Positions 29,347 to 39,657 of a stretch of 64,000 bases of DNA are shown piece after piece. Position numbers and translations under genes: made by a program. Position 1 is the first letter of the stretch. Each line of letters starts with the position of its first letter. The notes beneath the pieces are model-generated. The model was not told the origin of the DNA. It made no database searches and saw nothing but the letters and a program-made list of their open reading frames with translations. This DNA is from an uncultured Pseudomonadales bacterium (GTDB lineage Bacteria > Pseudomonadota > Gammaproteobacteria > Pseudomonadales > Azotimanducaceae), in the NCBI GenBank assembly GCA_943788825.1, contig CALSRT010000009.1:61743-125742 (forward strand). The letters are read 5' to 3'.

Positions 29347-30246
29347 ATGTCAAAAAAAACTTATCCAACGATAGAATCCTGTATCGGCGAGACGCCACTC
29401 GTGCGCCTGCAGCGCCTGCCGGGTCATACCAGCAATACTGTGCTGGTTAAGCTCGAGGGGAATAACCCTGCAGGTTCGGTTAAAGATCGGCCGGCGATGA
29501 GTATGATTCGCGGCGCTGAGGCGCGGGGGGAAATCAAGCCTGGTGATACTTTGATTGAGGCTACGAGCGGCAATACGGGTATCGCGCTCGCCATGGCAGC
29601 GGCAATCAGGGGCTACCGGATGGTGCTGATTATGCCAGCCCATATGAGCGCAGAACGTAAGGCAGCGATGTCAGCCTATGGTGCTGAGTTGATTCTTGTA
29701 TCTCAGGAGGCGGGGATGGAGGGTGCGCGTGACCTGGCTGAAAAAATGCAGCGGGAGGGTCAGGGTTTTGTGCTCGATCAATTTTCAAATCCCGATAACC
29801 CCTTAGCGCACTACCAAAGCACAGGTCCTGAAATATATCGCCAAACCGATGGTGAAATCACCCATTTCGTGAGTTCGATGGGAACAACTGGTACAATCAT
29901 GGGCGTCTCCAGATACTTCCGTGAAGTCCTTCCCAGGGTGCAGATTGTCGGTTTGCAACCGGTGGAAGGGGCCTCGATACCCGGTATTCGGCGTTGGCCT
30001 CAAGCCTATATGCCCAAGGTCTTCAATACCGATCTGGTGGATCGGGTGATTAATATGAATCAAGATCTAGCAGAGAAAACGATGCGCGATCTAGCTACCA
30101 AGGAAGGCATTTTTGCCGGTGTTTCTTCAGGCGGATCAGTTGCAGCTGCACTGCAGATCAGTCGTGAAACAGAGAATGCGGTTATCGTTGCGATCGTTTG
30201 TGACAGAGGTGATCGATACTTGTCCACCGGTATCTACTCGACTTGA
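29347..30246 (+). CDS. cysM: cysteine synthase B
   Basis: LEGNNPAGSVKDRPAMSMI (PLP lysine), TSGNTGIALA. 299 aa. Classic position divergent from gacS in pseudomonads. Confidence 0.9.
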   Translation: MSKKTYPTIESCIGETPLVRLQRLPGHTSNTVLVKLEGNNPAGSVKDRPAMSMIRGAEARGEIKPGDTLIEATSGNTGIALAMAAAIRGYRMVLIMPAHMSAERKAAMSAYGAELILVSQEAGMEGARDLAEKMQREGQGFVLDQFSNPDNPLAHYQSTGPEIYRQTDGEITHFVSSMGTTGTIMGVSRYFREVLPRVQIVGLQPVEGASIPGIRRWPQAYMPKVFNTDLVDRVINMNQDLAEKTMRDLATKEGIFAGVSSGGSVAAALQISRETENAVIVAIVCDRGDRYLSTGIYST

Positions 30247-30323
30247 GAGCCCGTAGACCTAAAAGACGATAGACCCGGCGGCCTGCGAGATACTGACCTA
30301 AAAATATGAGTTATTTGTGAGCG

Positions 30324-31676
30324 GTGGTCGTGACGTCGTCTTGCGATCACTTGATTCCCGTCAACTTATATAGCGAACATGAGACTTTGAAAAACTACGA
30401 TCCAGTGACTATTGCAGTGACTAAGCTACATCCAGACGGTTATGGGCTCAGTGAAGATGGTCGTCAGGCAGTGATTGGCGCATTAGCTGGCGAGGTTCTT
30501 GAGGCCGTGCCTTGGGCGCGAAAGCAGAAAAAGCATTACTTCAAGATTCAAACGGTTCATACCGCAGCGCCATCGAGAGTTGAGCCAGCGTGCGCGGCGG
30601 CCAATCATTGTGGCGGTTGTAGTTTTCAGCACCTGGAACCACATGCCCAGATTCTGTTCAAGCAACAACAACTCATTGACGCCCTCAGTGACACACAGCC
30701 ATCGACGTTGTTAGAACCCATGATGGGCCCTCTGCTCGATTATCGTAGCAAAGCCCGCCTGGGGGTGAAGTTTGTAGAGAAAAAGGGCCGGGTTCTCGTC
30801 GGCTTTCGCGAGAAAATGAAGCCCTACGTTGCTGAAATTGATAGCTGTAAGGTGCTGAAAAAGGCAGTGGGTGAGAATTTAGCCGCGTTAGCTGCAGCGA
30901 TCAGTGATCTCTCTGACCCACGCTCAGTCCCTCAGATCGAAGTGGCTGCAGGAGACACGGAAACTGCCTTAGTGATTCGGCATCTTGAAGACCTGACCGA
31001 CGACGATTTACTCAGGTTAAAGCAACTGGGTGAGGAGTTTACGTTCTCGATTTACCTGCAGCCAGGTAATGAGTCTACAGTCCACAAGCTTTATCCTGCT
31101 GATGGTTATGAGCGTCTGATTTACACGTTGCCAGAGTATGACCTCAGTTACGCCTTTCACCCACTGGACTTCACTCAGGTCAATCAATTCATTAATCAAA
31201 AAATGATTCGCCAGGCGCTGCAGTTACTTGATCTGCAACCGACAGATCATGTTCTGGACAGCTTTTGTGGTATTGGTAATTTCAGCTTGCCACTGGCACG
31301 CGTCGCGGCGCATGTGACGGGCATAGAATTGTCTCAGACCAGTGTGCTGCGTGGCGCAGAAAATGCGCAGCGCAACGGCCTGAGCAATGTTAGTTTTGTA
31401 GCGAGTGACTTGTTTGCTGAAGATTATGCAATACCTGAGTTCCAGAGTTTTAATAAGATTCTGCTAGACCCGCCTAGAAGTGGGGCTTTAGAGGTTTGTA
31501 AAAAACTTGCAACCCATAAGGCCGAGAGAGTAGTGTACGTGTCTTGTAACCCGATAACCTTAGGTCGGGATGCGGCGATTCTTGTTGCTGGAGGGTATCG
31601 ATTTGAATCGGCAGGTGTTATCGATATGTTCCCCCATACAACGCATGTTGAATCCATTGCCTGTTTTACGCGTTAG
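30324..31676 (+). CDS. rlmD: 23S rRNA (uracil1939-C5)-methyltransferase RlmD (RumA)
   Basis: Fe-S Cys cluster (CAAANHCGGCSFQH), SAM-MTase motifs (DSFCGIGNFSLPLA, LDPPRSG), and catalytic Cys in YVSCNP. The GTG start is uncertain. Confidence 0.85.
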   Translation: MVVTSSCDHLIPVNLYSEHETLKNYDPVTIAVTKLHPDGYGLSEDGRQAVIGALAGEVLEAVPWARKQKKHYFKIQTVHTAAPSRVEPACAAANHCGGCSFQHLEPHAQILFKQQQLIDALSDTQPSTLLEPMMGPLLDYRSKARLGVKFVEKKGRVLVGFREKMKPYVAEIDSCKVLKKAVGENLAALAAAISDLSDPRSVPQIEVAAGDTETALVIRHLEDLTDDDLLRLKQLGEEFTFSIYLQPGNESTVHKLYPADGYERLIYTLPEYDLSYAFHPLDFTQVNQFINQKMIRQALQLLDLQPTDHVLDSFCGIGNFSLPLARVAAHVTGIELSQTSVLRGAENAQRNGLSNVSFVASDLFAEDYAIPEFQSFNKILLDPPRSGALEVCKKLATHKAERVVYVSCNPITLGRDAAILVAGGYRFESAGVIDMFPHTTHVESIACFTR

Positions 31677-31717
31677 TACTCAACGCCCCCTCTCATTCAT
31701 TCCAAGCAATCTATCAA

Positions 31718-33946
31718 ATGGTTAAGGTCAGACAAGATCAGCCACTCCGCGATGACGGTAGCGTCAATTTGGATGTTTGGCTCCGCCAATTGCAGGAAAT
31801 TAATCCCAATTTTGATATGGGGCGGCTTCGCGGTGCCTGTGATCTGGCAGAAAAAGCCGAAGAAAGAGCGGTAGTCACGAATACGGCATGGCCCTCGGGA
31901 CGCAGTAGCTTTAGAACGGGTCTCGAGATGGCAGACATTCTCAGTGAGCTGCGAATGGATGAGGAAGGCATTGTAGCTGCGATCATTTATCGCGCTGTGC
32001 GAGAGAATCAAATCACGTTGAATCACGTACGCAAACAATTTGGCAAGTCGGTTGCTGATTTGGTTGAAGGTGTCATGCGGATGGCGGCAATCAGTAATGT
32101 GCGCAGGTCTGACGCGCCAGTCTTCGGTGAGCAAAAAGATCAGCTTGAACAGGCAAAAATGCTGCTCATCGCTCTGGTTGATGACGTCCGGGTCGCTTTA
32201 ATTAAACTCGCGGAGCGGACCTGTGCCATTCGAACGATTGCTAAGGATCAACCGGCTAAACGTGCACGCCTGGCCCGCGAGGTTATGGATATTTATGCGC
32301 CGCTGGCTCACCGATTAGGTATTGGACAACTCAAGTGGGAGCTGGAAGACTTTGCCTTTCGCTATCTTGAACCCTTGGCCTATAAGCGTATCGCGACGCT
32401 GCTGGATGATACGCGTAGCGGGCGTCAGGAATATCTCGATCGCGTTATCGCAACTTTGAACCACCAGCTCAAAGTGATTAATGTCAAAGCCGAGCTAGAT
32501 GGCAGAGTCAAACATATTTATAGCATCTGGCGCAAAATGCACCGCAAAGGCATTGAGTTTTCTGAAGTCTACGACGTTAGCGCGGTGCGAATATTAGTCC
32601 CCGCAGACAATGACTGCTATCAGGTTCTGGGCGTCGTGCATAACCTATGGCGAAATTTGCCCCATGAGTTCGATGACTATATCGCCTCTCCGAAAGAGAA
32701 TGGCTATCGGTCCTTGCATACTGCCGTGATCGGTCCAGAGAACAAGGTGCTAGAAGTTCAAATCAGAACTTTTGAAATGCATGAAAAGTCCGAATTAGGT
32801 GTCTGTTCACATTGGCAATACAAGTCAACGGGTGATGTAGATGAGCCCGTCGCTTATCGAGAAAGGATTGAATGGCTGCGACAGATACTCGATTGGCGCG
32901 AAGAGCTAGGTGAAGTCGCCGGTATATCTAAAGAGCTGTTAGATGAAATCAGTTTTGATCGAATCTATGTCTTTACACCGGACGGCCATGTGGTTGACCT
33001 GCCGCCAAGCTCTACACCGGTGGACTTTGCATACAGAGTGCATACGGATGTGGGGCACAAGTGTCGAGGTGCCAAGATTAATAGTAAGATCGTGCCGCTT
33101 AATACCAGTTTGAAAAGTGGTGACCAGATCGAAATCATTGTTGGTAACGATGTTGAGCCGAGACGAGAATGGCTCCATGCGCATTTGGGTTATGTGTCAA
33201 CCTCCCGCGCGAGAGCTAAAATCCAGAGCTGGTTTGGGCTGAGAACAAAGCGCAAGAATACCGAAGAAGGCAAACAACTACTGACTTCTGAATTCTATCG
33301 ACTCGGCGTCGATGACCTCGAGTTAGATTCCCTAGTGGTAAAATTGAAATATAAGAACGTCAATGAGTTGTACGCCGCGATCGGTGCAGGTGAAGTTAAT
33401 GTAATTTATGTCGTTGAAGCGGCTGTTCAGTTGGTTGAAGTGGGCTTGAAGGAAAAGCAGCTAAGTCTTCTGCTCGGCGAAGATGAAGCTGGGGACGGCA
33501 ATGAACTGCTGATAGAAGGCCTTGGTGGGATGGCCTACACCCTGGCCGCCTGTTGTCATCCTGTCGTGGGGAACAGTATCGTCGGTCTCACGAATGAAAA
33601 GGGTAGCGTTGATGTCCACTGTCAGGAATGTCTGCAGGCATTGGAGGGCGTTGCTCATGGCAGGCTGATTCGTCTCGATTGGCGAGGGGAAGCCGCCGTT
33701 ACCCTCCCTGTGTCGATTGAAATTCATGCTTACGATCGCCGTGGCCTGTTGCATGATATTTCTGGTGTTGTCATGGGTGAAGAAACCAACGTGACAGCAA
33801 TGAATATGTGTAAAAATGCGCCTGATAACCACGTTACAATCAATATGACGATTGAGGTGACGACGATTTACAGTTTGTTGCGAACCATAGAACAAATTGA
33901 GCTGCTGACGAATGTCATTTCAGCACGGCGATTGGACAACAGTTGA
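31718..33946 (+). CDS. relA: GTP pyrophosphokinase RelA
   Basis: 742 aa. Synthetase domain (HIYSIWRKM, YRSLHTAV), TGS domain (IYVFTPDGHVVDLPPSSTPVDFAY) and ACT domain. Follows rlmD, as in E. coli and Pseudomonas. Confidence 0.95.
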   Translation: MVKVRQDQPLRDDGSVNLDVWLRQLQEINPNFDMGRLRGACDLAEKAEERAVVTNTAWPSGRSSFRTGLEMADILSELRMDEEGIVAAIIYRAVRENQITLNHVRKQFGKSVADLVEGVMRMAAISNVRRSDAPVFGEQKDQLEQAKMLLIALVDDVRVALIKLAERTCAIRTIAKDQPAKRARLAREVMDIYAPLAHRLGIGQLKWELEDFAFRYLEPLAYKRIATLLDDTRSGRQEYLDRVIATLNHQLKVINVKAELDGRVKHIYSIWRKMHRKGIEFSEVYDVSAVRILVPADNDCYQVLGVVHNLWRNLPHEFDDYIASPKENGYRSLHTAVIGPENKVLEVQIRTFEMHEKSELGVCSHWQYKSTGDVDEPVAYRERIEWLRQILDWREELGEVAGISKELLDEISFDRIYVFTPDGHVVDLPPSSTPVDFAYRVHTDVGHKCRGAKINSKIVPLNTSLKSGDQIEIIVGNDVEPRREWLHAHLGYVSTSRARAKIQSWFGLRTKRKNTEEGKQLLTSEFYRLGVDDLELDSLVVKLKYKNVNELYAAIGAGEVNVIYVVEAAVQLVEVGLKEKQLSLLLGEDEAGDGNELLIEGLGGMAYTLAACCHPVVGNSIVGLTNEKGSVDVHCQECLQALEGVAHGRLIRLDWRGEAAVTLPVSIEIHAYDRRGLLHDISGVVMGEETNVTAMNMCKNAPDNHVTINMTIEVTTIYSLLRTIEQIELLTNVISARRLDNS

Positions 33947-33989
33947 AACGAGGCAATTTGCCGAACTATTTTAATGAAAGGAGTTTTGG

Positions 33990-34640
33990 GTGAAAATTAT
34001 TCTTTTAGGTGCACCAGGTGTTGGTAAGGGTACTCAGGCGCAATTTATTATGGAGAAGTGTGGGATTCCCCAGATTTCCACTGGTGATATGCTTCGCGAA
34101 GCGATTAAAGCGGGTTCTGCACTTGGGAAGAAGGTTAAGGGGGTCATGGATCAAGGGGCTTTAGTCACTGATGAAATCATCATCGAATTGGTTAAGGAAC
34201 GCATTCAACAGCCGGATTGTGCTAATGGTTTCTTGTTTGATGGCTTTCCACGGACTATACCCCAGGCACAGGCCTTGCTTGATCAGCATATTGAAATCGA
34301 TAGCGTCATCGAAATTAAGGTGCCAGACGCTGATATCGTTAAGCGACTGAGTGGTAGACGAGTTCATCCTGAATCGGGTCGGGTTTATCACACTATCTTT
34401 AATCCACCTCAGGTAGCGGGTAAAGACGATGAAACTGGCGATGATCTTGTTCAACGTGATGACGATTCCGAGGACACTATCAAGGAACGCTTAAGGATTT
34501 ATCGAGAACAAACGGAACCGTTAGTTGGTTTCTATCGGGCTCTTGCCGAAAAATCAGCGGGTCAATTGCGCTATGCTGAGGTCGACGGCTCAGGTGAAAC
34601 GAATGAAATTAAAGCAAAAATATTTTCAATTATTGATTGA
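33990..34640 (+). CDS. adk: adenylate kinase
   Basis: [17 protein letters not shown]-loop and the LID region. 216 aa. GTG start preceded by AGGAG. Confidence 0.95.
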   Translation: MKIILLGAPGVGKGTQAQFIMEKCGIPQISTGDMLREAIKAGSALGKKVKGVMDQGALVTDEIIIELVKERIQQPDCANGFLFDGFPRTIPQAQALLDQHIEIDSVIEIKVPDADIVKRLSGRRVHPESGRVYHTIFNPPQVAGKDDETGDDLVQRDDDSEDTIKERLRIYREQTEPLVGFYRALAEKSAGQLRYAEVDGSGETNEIKAKIFSIID

Positions 34641-34931
34641 TAACGACGATAAATATTATGTGCTTTTAGCTAGATAGAGCGAAAATGTTAGGAAAACTCG
34701 AACAGATGTTGCTAAAACACTGAATATTTACGGTTTTATTCAAAAAAAGTGTGCAAATCCAAATTATTTTTTCTAAACTTTAGCTCGTTAAACAGTTGCG
34801 TGCGTAGTTTTAACTATGCGTCAACAAGATTGCCAGGCTGGTCAGTTTGAAAAGAATGAATCGTACCGAGTGGCGATAGGCTGTTGTAACAAAGTGATTG
34901 AACTTTCAATAGTAAGAATAGGAGTGTAAAC

Positions 34932-35453
34932 GTGGTTGCGAAAAAGAAAACAGGTACAACCAAAAAGGTCGCAGCGAAGGTAAAGCTCGTTGCTAAAAAG
35001 AAAGTTGCTGTCAAAAAGACTGTTGCTAAGAAAGCTGTCGCCAAAAAAGCTGTTGCCAAAAAAGCTGTAGCGAAGAAGAAAGTAGCTGCGAAAAAGCCGG
35101 CTGCTAAGAAAGCTGTCGCTAAGAAAGCAGTTGTGAAGAAAAAAGTAGCTGCGAAGAAAAAACCAGCAGCTAAGAAAAAAGTAGTCGCGAAGAAGAAAGT
35201 AGTCGCGAAGAAGAAAGTAGCGGCTAAGAAGCCTGCTGCGAAAAAAGCTGTCGCTAAGAAGCCTGCTGCCAAGAAAAAGGCAGTTGCAAAGAAGAAAGTA
35301 GCGGCTAAAAAGCCTGCTGCGAAGAAAGTTGTTGCCAAGAAAGCAGCTGCCAAAAAGAAGGTAGTCGCGAAGAAGGCAGTGGCCAAGAAACCTGCTGCTA
35401 AAAAAGCTGTTGCCAAGAAGCCAGCAGCGAAGAAAAAAGCGACTAAGAAGTAA
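34932..35453 (+). CDS. Lys/Ala-rich repetitive histone-H1-like (AlgP-tail-like) protein
   Basis: 173 aa built almost entirely of A-K-K-(A/P/V)-(A/V) pentapeptides. GTG start is 7 nt after AGGAG. A strong intrinsic terminator follows directly. Confidence 0.75.
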   Translation: MVAKKKTGTTKKVAAKVKLVAKKKVAVKKTVAKKAVAKKAVAKKAVAKKKVAAKKPAAKKAVAKKAVVKKKVAAKKKPAAKKKVVAKKKVVAKKKVAAKKPAAKKAVAKKPAAKKKAVAKKKVAAKKPAAKKVVAKKAAAKKKVVAKKAVAKKPAAKKAVAKKPAAKKKATKK

Positions 35454-35470
35454 GAAATACTAGTGGCTGT

Positions 35471-35501
35471 AAAAAACCCTCCGAAAGGAGGGTTTTTTTT
35501 T
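35471..35501. terminator. bidirectional rho-independent terminator
   Basis: AAAAAA-CCCTCC-gaaa-GGAGGG-TTTTTTTTT, lying between the convergent Lys/Ala-repeat gene and mobA. Confidence 0.85.
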
Positions 35502-35509
35502 GCCCTTGT

Positions 35510-36109
35510 TTAGTCGGCTGTCAGGTCACCTGCTGCCGCCAGCTGCTCAAAACTATTGATGTTGTTAAAATCCACAGGGTTGTCGAACTCAACTTCCACG
35601 GTGTCGAGGCTTCGTAACCAGCCTTTGACAGACCTGCCTCCGCCGAGTAGATATTGATCGATCCGCGGGACGACATCGGGCTTGAGCAATAATACCAATG
35701 GCTGAATCTGGCCAGCGGTAACTACACAGGCCGCATCGTGACCCTTCAGCGCAGCATACAGGCGTTGCACCACATCTTGGGGTAAATGGGGCATGTCGCA
35801 AGGTACAACGAAGCATAAGTCTTCGCCTAGTGACGCTCTGGCGCTAAGTACGCCTCGCAGCGGACCACTAAAGTCCAGAATGGCATCCTCTATCAGAGGA
35901 TAGCCAAATTGCTGGTAGGCCAGGGAGTGCCGGTTGCAATTGATCAGCAGTCGATCAACCTGTGGTTTGATTCTGTCAATCACACGCCCTATCAGGGAGC
36001 GCCCCGCGAGTAATAGCAGCCCCTTGTCCTGGTGCGCCATTCGGGTCGCTCGACCGCCCGCCAGTATCAGGCCGCAGATTGCAGGGTTTGAGTTTGAATT
36101 GTGATTCAA
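35510..36109 (-). CDS. mobA: molybdenum cofactor guanylyltransferase
   Basis: GLILAGGRATRM N-terminal nucleotide-binding motif and VVPCDMPHLP. 199 aa. Confidence 0.85.
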   Translation of the reverse strand: MNHNSNSNPAICGLILAGGRATRMAHQDKGLLLLAGRSLIGRVIDRIKPQVDRLLINCNRHSLAYQQFGYPLIEDAILDFSGPLRGVLSARASLGEDLCFVVPCDMPHLPQDVVQRLYAALKGHDAACVVTAGQIQPLVLLLKPDVVPRIDQYLLGGGRSVKGWLRSLDTVEVEFDNPVDFNNINSFEQLAAAGDLTAD

Positions 36110-36168
36110 GTTGACTCCCTTTCGAAAGGTTTGCTCAAGATGTCGGCGGCGAAACCCTGTAAGATTGC

Positions 36169-38136
36169 GTGACGATCACTTTACTCGAAGATCTAGCGCG
36201 ATTGAAATCGACTAAATCCCAACGGCTATACCAACACCTGCTCGGACAGGCGGGTCCGGTCGCACAGAAAATAGATGGCTTTACGGCACGTGTCCAGCAG
36301 ATCGAAATGGCTGCTATGATTGCTGATGCGATCAAAAGAAAGAAAAATGTACTGATAGAAGCCGGTACGGGTACGGGAAAGACATTTGCTTATTTGCTGC
36401 CGGTGCTGCAAGCCCGCGAACGTGCGATTGTTTCCACCGGGAGTAAAACGCTTCAGGACCAATTGTTCCATCACGATATTCCGTTGATCGTAGCAACTTT
36501 GGATTGGCCAATAAAAGTCGCGTTGTTGAAAGGTCGTAATAACTATTTGTGTCCCCAGCGCTTGGAAAATAGTATTTCAATGATTCGCAAAGACAATGAT
36601 TCGCGGTTACTGCCTGATTTGATCGCTGTGCGGGAATGGTGGCAACAAACGACGACGGGCGATTTAACAGAGCTCGCTGACTTGCAAGGTGCCTCAATCG
36701 GATCGCTGATTACGGCCACCGCGGATAATTGCTTGGGTGGTGACTGTCCTAAAGTGAGCGAGTGTCCAGTGTATCAAGCACGAGCTCGAGCTCAGGAAGC
36801 TGACCTGGTGGTGGTCAATCACCACCTACTGTTTGCAGATATGGCATTGAAGGAAGAAGGTTTTGGCTCACTTTTACCAGAAGTAGGTACGATTGTGGTT
36901 GATGAGGCACATCAGATCATTGATGTTGCGCGGCGGTTCTTTGGTGAGCGGTTTAGTAGTCAGCAACTGGTGGCGCTCTGTCGAGACATACGGGTGGAGT
37001 TATTGAATTTCGGAAATGACGATATAGCGTTGCAGTTGGCTAGCGAAAATCTAGGTGCAGTAGTCCGACTCTTGATCGCTGAATTTGAGAAGACCCCAAC
37101 TGAGTTGGAGCTCGATCAATTGCTGGGTGAACCGGCGATCGCGCTACGGATCGACGAGGTGGACCTTGCCTTGGGCCAATTGATTGCGTCTTTAGCGCCC
37201 GCTGCAGTGCGAAGTGGTTCGTTTGCTCATTGTTACTCTAGGGCGTTACGTCTGGCTGATTACCTGGCATTACTGACGGAGGCGGGTACCGACGATGATA
37301 ATATCCACTGGCTAGAACGTCAGACCCAGGGTTTTACATTACATCTGTCGCCTATTTCAATTGCGACTCTGTTGGAAGCGGAGTTTGCCAGTGACAAAAG
37401 TTGGGTGTTAACCTCGGCGACGTTGTCCGTCGCCAATGAGTTCACCCACTTTAAGCGCTACCTGGGACTCGTTGATATCCAAGAGCGAATCTTTGAAAGC
37501 CCGTTCTGTTTCGTCAAGCAGGTGAAGGCACACATTCCGCAGGATTTGCCTTTACCAGGTACGGACCGGCATACGCGTCTACTGGTCCACTATTGTATGC
37601 CGCTTATTCGTAGTCATAATGGGCGTACCTTCTTCTTGTTTACGAGCTACAGGGCTTTGCGAATTGCGCGGGAGATATTTGAGGCGCACGTTGACCTGCC
37701 GATTCTGGTTCAAGGCAGTATGGCAAAGCCGAAATTATTGGCTCAGTTTCGTGAAACGCCGGGCTGTACTTTGCTGGCGACCAACAGCTTTTGGGAGGGA
37801 GTGGATGTTAGAGGTGCCGACCTTAGATGTTTGATTATTGATAAATTACCCTTCTCCAGTCCGGAAGATCCAATGACGGCTGCCCAGTTCAAAGCAGTGA
37901 TTGCGGCTGGTGGTAATGCCTTTTTTGATCATGCCGTTCCTGAGGCTGCAATAGCGCTCAAACAAGGGTTTGGTCGTTTGATTCGCCAGGAGTCTGACAA
38001 GGGCCTGTTTGTGCTCGGAGATCCCCGTGTCAACACTCGCCGCTACGGTAAGCTGTTCTTGAACAGTCTGCCTGAAATGGAATGGCTCGAGAGCTCAGAG
38101 CAAGCCGTTAACTATTTGGAAAACTTACACGAATGA
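36169..38136 (+). CDS. ATP-dependent DNA helicase, XPD/DinG/YoaA family
   Basis: Walker A EAGTGTGKTFAYLLP, DEAH box VVDEAH, Fe-S Cys cluster (C..., CLGGDCPKVSECPVY) and C-terminal helicase motifs. The 655-aa length fits YoaA better than DinG. GTG start. Confidence 0.85.
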   Translation: MTITLLEDLARLKSTKSQRLYQHLLGQAGPVAQKIDGFTARVQQIEMAAMIADAIKRKKNVLIEAGTGTGKTFAYLLPVLQARERAIVSTGSKTLQDQLFHHDIPLIVATLDWPIKVALLKGRNNYLCPQRLENSISMIRKDNDSRLLPDLIAVREWWQQTTTGDLTELADLQGASIGSLITATADNCLGGDCPKVSECPVYQARARAQEADLVVVNHHLLFADMALKEEGFGSLLPEVGTIVVDEAHQIIDVARRFFGERFSSQQLVALCRDIRVELLNFGNDDIALQLASENLGAVVRLLIAEFEKTPTELELDQLLGEPAIALRIDEVDLALGQLIASLAPAAVRSGSFAHCYSRALRLADYLALLTEAGTDDDNIHWLERQTQGFTLHLSPISIATLLEAEFASDKSWVLTSATLSVANEFTHFKRYLGLVDIQERIFESPFCFVKQVKAHIPQDLPLPGTDRHTRLLVHYCMPLIRSHNGRTFFLFTSYRALRIAREIFEAHVDLPILVQGSMAKPKLLAQFRETPGCTLLATNSFWEGVDVRGADLRCLIIDKLPFSSPEDPMTAAQFKAVIAAGGNAFFDHAVPEAAIALKQGFGRLIRQESDKGLFVLGDPRVNTRRYGKLFLNSLPEMEWLESSEQAVNYLENLHE

Positions 38137-38819
38137 AAGTATTGGCGATAGAAACCTCAACCACAGCCTGCAGTTTAGGACTGCGGATTGACGGTGAGAC
38201 CGTTGAACAGACAACGCAATTGGGTCGTAATCACAGCCGGGAAATATTACCGTTGATCTCGGGCCTGTTAGCAGAGACGGCGATAGATTTGCGCTCGCTG
38301 GATTTGATCGTCTATGGCAAGGGACCAGGATCCTTTACTGGATTGCGTATTGCCCTGGGTGTGGTTCAGGGCTTGGCTTATGGCGTTGGCATTCCTGTTG
38401 TGGGGATATCGACCCTGGCTTGCTGTGCCCAGGGTCGGTATCGTATGTTTGGCGATGAACAGATCGTTGTTGCCCAGACAGCACGCCTGACAGAGGTGTT
38501 TTTCGGTGCCTACGAAGTCAATCAAGGTTTCGTTGAGCCGATCTTGGCGGATACCATATTTGAAGCGGCACAAGTACCCGAGTTAGCCGCTGGTAGCTGG
38601 GTCGGAATCGGTAGTGCGTGGCAGTTACGAGAGACCATGGAAGCCGCCTTGTGCGTAAAGATGGCCGATGTCCAGCTTGAGGTCTTCCCACGAGCCCATG
38701 ATCTGCTCGATCTTGGAATTGTGGGCTATGAATCCGGTGAAGCCATCAGCCCCATGTTGGCGACACCTGAATACCTGCGGGAGCAGGTGGCTAATAAGCC
38801 AGGGTCTGGAACGAAATAA
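38133..38819 (+). CDS. tsaB: tRNA t6A37 biosynthesis protein TsaB (YeaZ)
   Basis: MKVLAIETST...GPGSFTGLRIALGVVQGLA. Overlaps the helicase stop. Confidence 0.9.
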   Translation: MKVLAIETSTTACSLGLRIDGETVEQTTQLGRNHSREILPLISGLLAETAIDLRSLDLIVYGKGPGSFTGLRIALGVVQGLAYGVGIPVVGISTLACCAQGRYRMFGDEQIVVAQTARLTEVFFGAYEVNQGFVEPILADTIFEAAQVPELAAGSWVGIGSAWQLRETMEAALCVKMADVQLEVFPRAHDLLDLGIVGYESGEAISPMLATPEYLREQVANKPGSGTK

Positions 38820-38991
38820 CGCTATGGCGGTTGCCGCCGTTGTGGATAACTGAGCCTGACGGTAGCACCTGCATGCCACATTTCTGACACGCAGTTACCT
38901 GACAATTTACGCAATAAATTACACGACAATATGCCCTAGAAGGTGTTGAAGCGATGATGATGGCCACAATTGATGCTTGGTTCCCCACTCT

Positions 38992-39648
38992 ATGTCACGA
39001 TTTCAGTTAATCCACGGACCTACCGGTTATCAACTGCAGGATCAGGCGAGTCTGCAAAAGCCGCTATTGATCGATTTTAATGCGGGCGCTCTGCAGTATC
39101 GGCGTAACCACGGAGGCAAGAAAGAATTGTTGCTTAAGGCCATATCAGCCAAGCCTGGACAGCAGGTGATCGACTGTACCGCGGGCTTAGGTGTTGATGC
39201 GTTCCTGATGGCTGCCAGCGGCTGCACAGTGACGTTGCTCGAACGTTCGCCGGTGTTGGCCCTGCTGCTTGCTGACGGCCTCTCTAGAGGGCGTGAGGGG
39301 CCGGAGACGCAGTCGATTGTTGCCAGGATGGCGTTGGTTCAGACGGATGCCATCGAATGGTTGGGGCGGTTAGAGAAGCCTGCAGACACGATCTATATCG
39401 ATCAAATGTTTCCACATCGACAAAAGTCGGCGGCGGTCAAAGGGGGAATGCAGCTACTGCAAAAATTCCTGGGTGATGATGGCCATGTCGCTGATCTGCT
39501 GGCGGCTGCGTTGGCGACTAACAGTCGCCGGGTCGTGGTCAAACGACCGTTGGTAGGCGGTGACAGTGAAGGTATGGCGCCACACTATCAGCTCAAGGCT
39601 AAAGCCAGCCGGTTTGATATCTACCTGCAAAACCCGGCAACTCATTAA
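38992..39648 (+). CDS. rsmJ: 16S rRNA (guanine1516-N2)-methyltransferase RsmJ
   Basis: VIDCTAGLGVDAFLMAASGC, MFPHRQKSAAVKGGMQLL and RVVVKRP match the RsmJ (YhiQ) pattern. Confidence 0.8.
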   Translation: MSRFQLIHGPTGYQLQDQASLQKPLLIDFNAGALQYRRNHGGKKELLLKAISAKPGQQVIDCTAGLGVDAFLMAASGCTVTLLERSPVLALLLADGLSRGREGPETQSIVARMALVQTDAIEWLGRLEKPADTIYIDQMFPHRQKSAAVKGGMQLLQKFLGDDGHVADLLAAALATNSRRVVVKRPLVGGDSEGMAPHYQLKAKASRFDIYLQNPATH

Positions 39649-39657
39649 TGCCGCGAG

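Noticed and set aside
34814-35416. 200-aa Phe/Ala/Thr-rich ORF antisense to the Lys/Ala-repeat gene
   Set aside because: It is a mirror image of AAG/AAA/GCT repeats (CTT/TTT/AGC). The plus-strand gene has an SD and a perfect terminator, and the antisense ORF has neither.
38841-38849. Perfect DnaA box TGTGGATAA in the tsaB-rsmJ spacer
   Set aside because: It is a single isolated 9-mer, and about one is expected by chance in a window this size. There is no cluster of boxes, no AT-rich unwinding element, and no dnaA/dnaN/gidA context.
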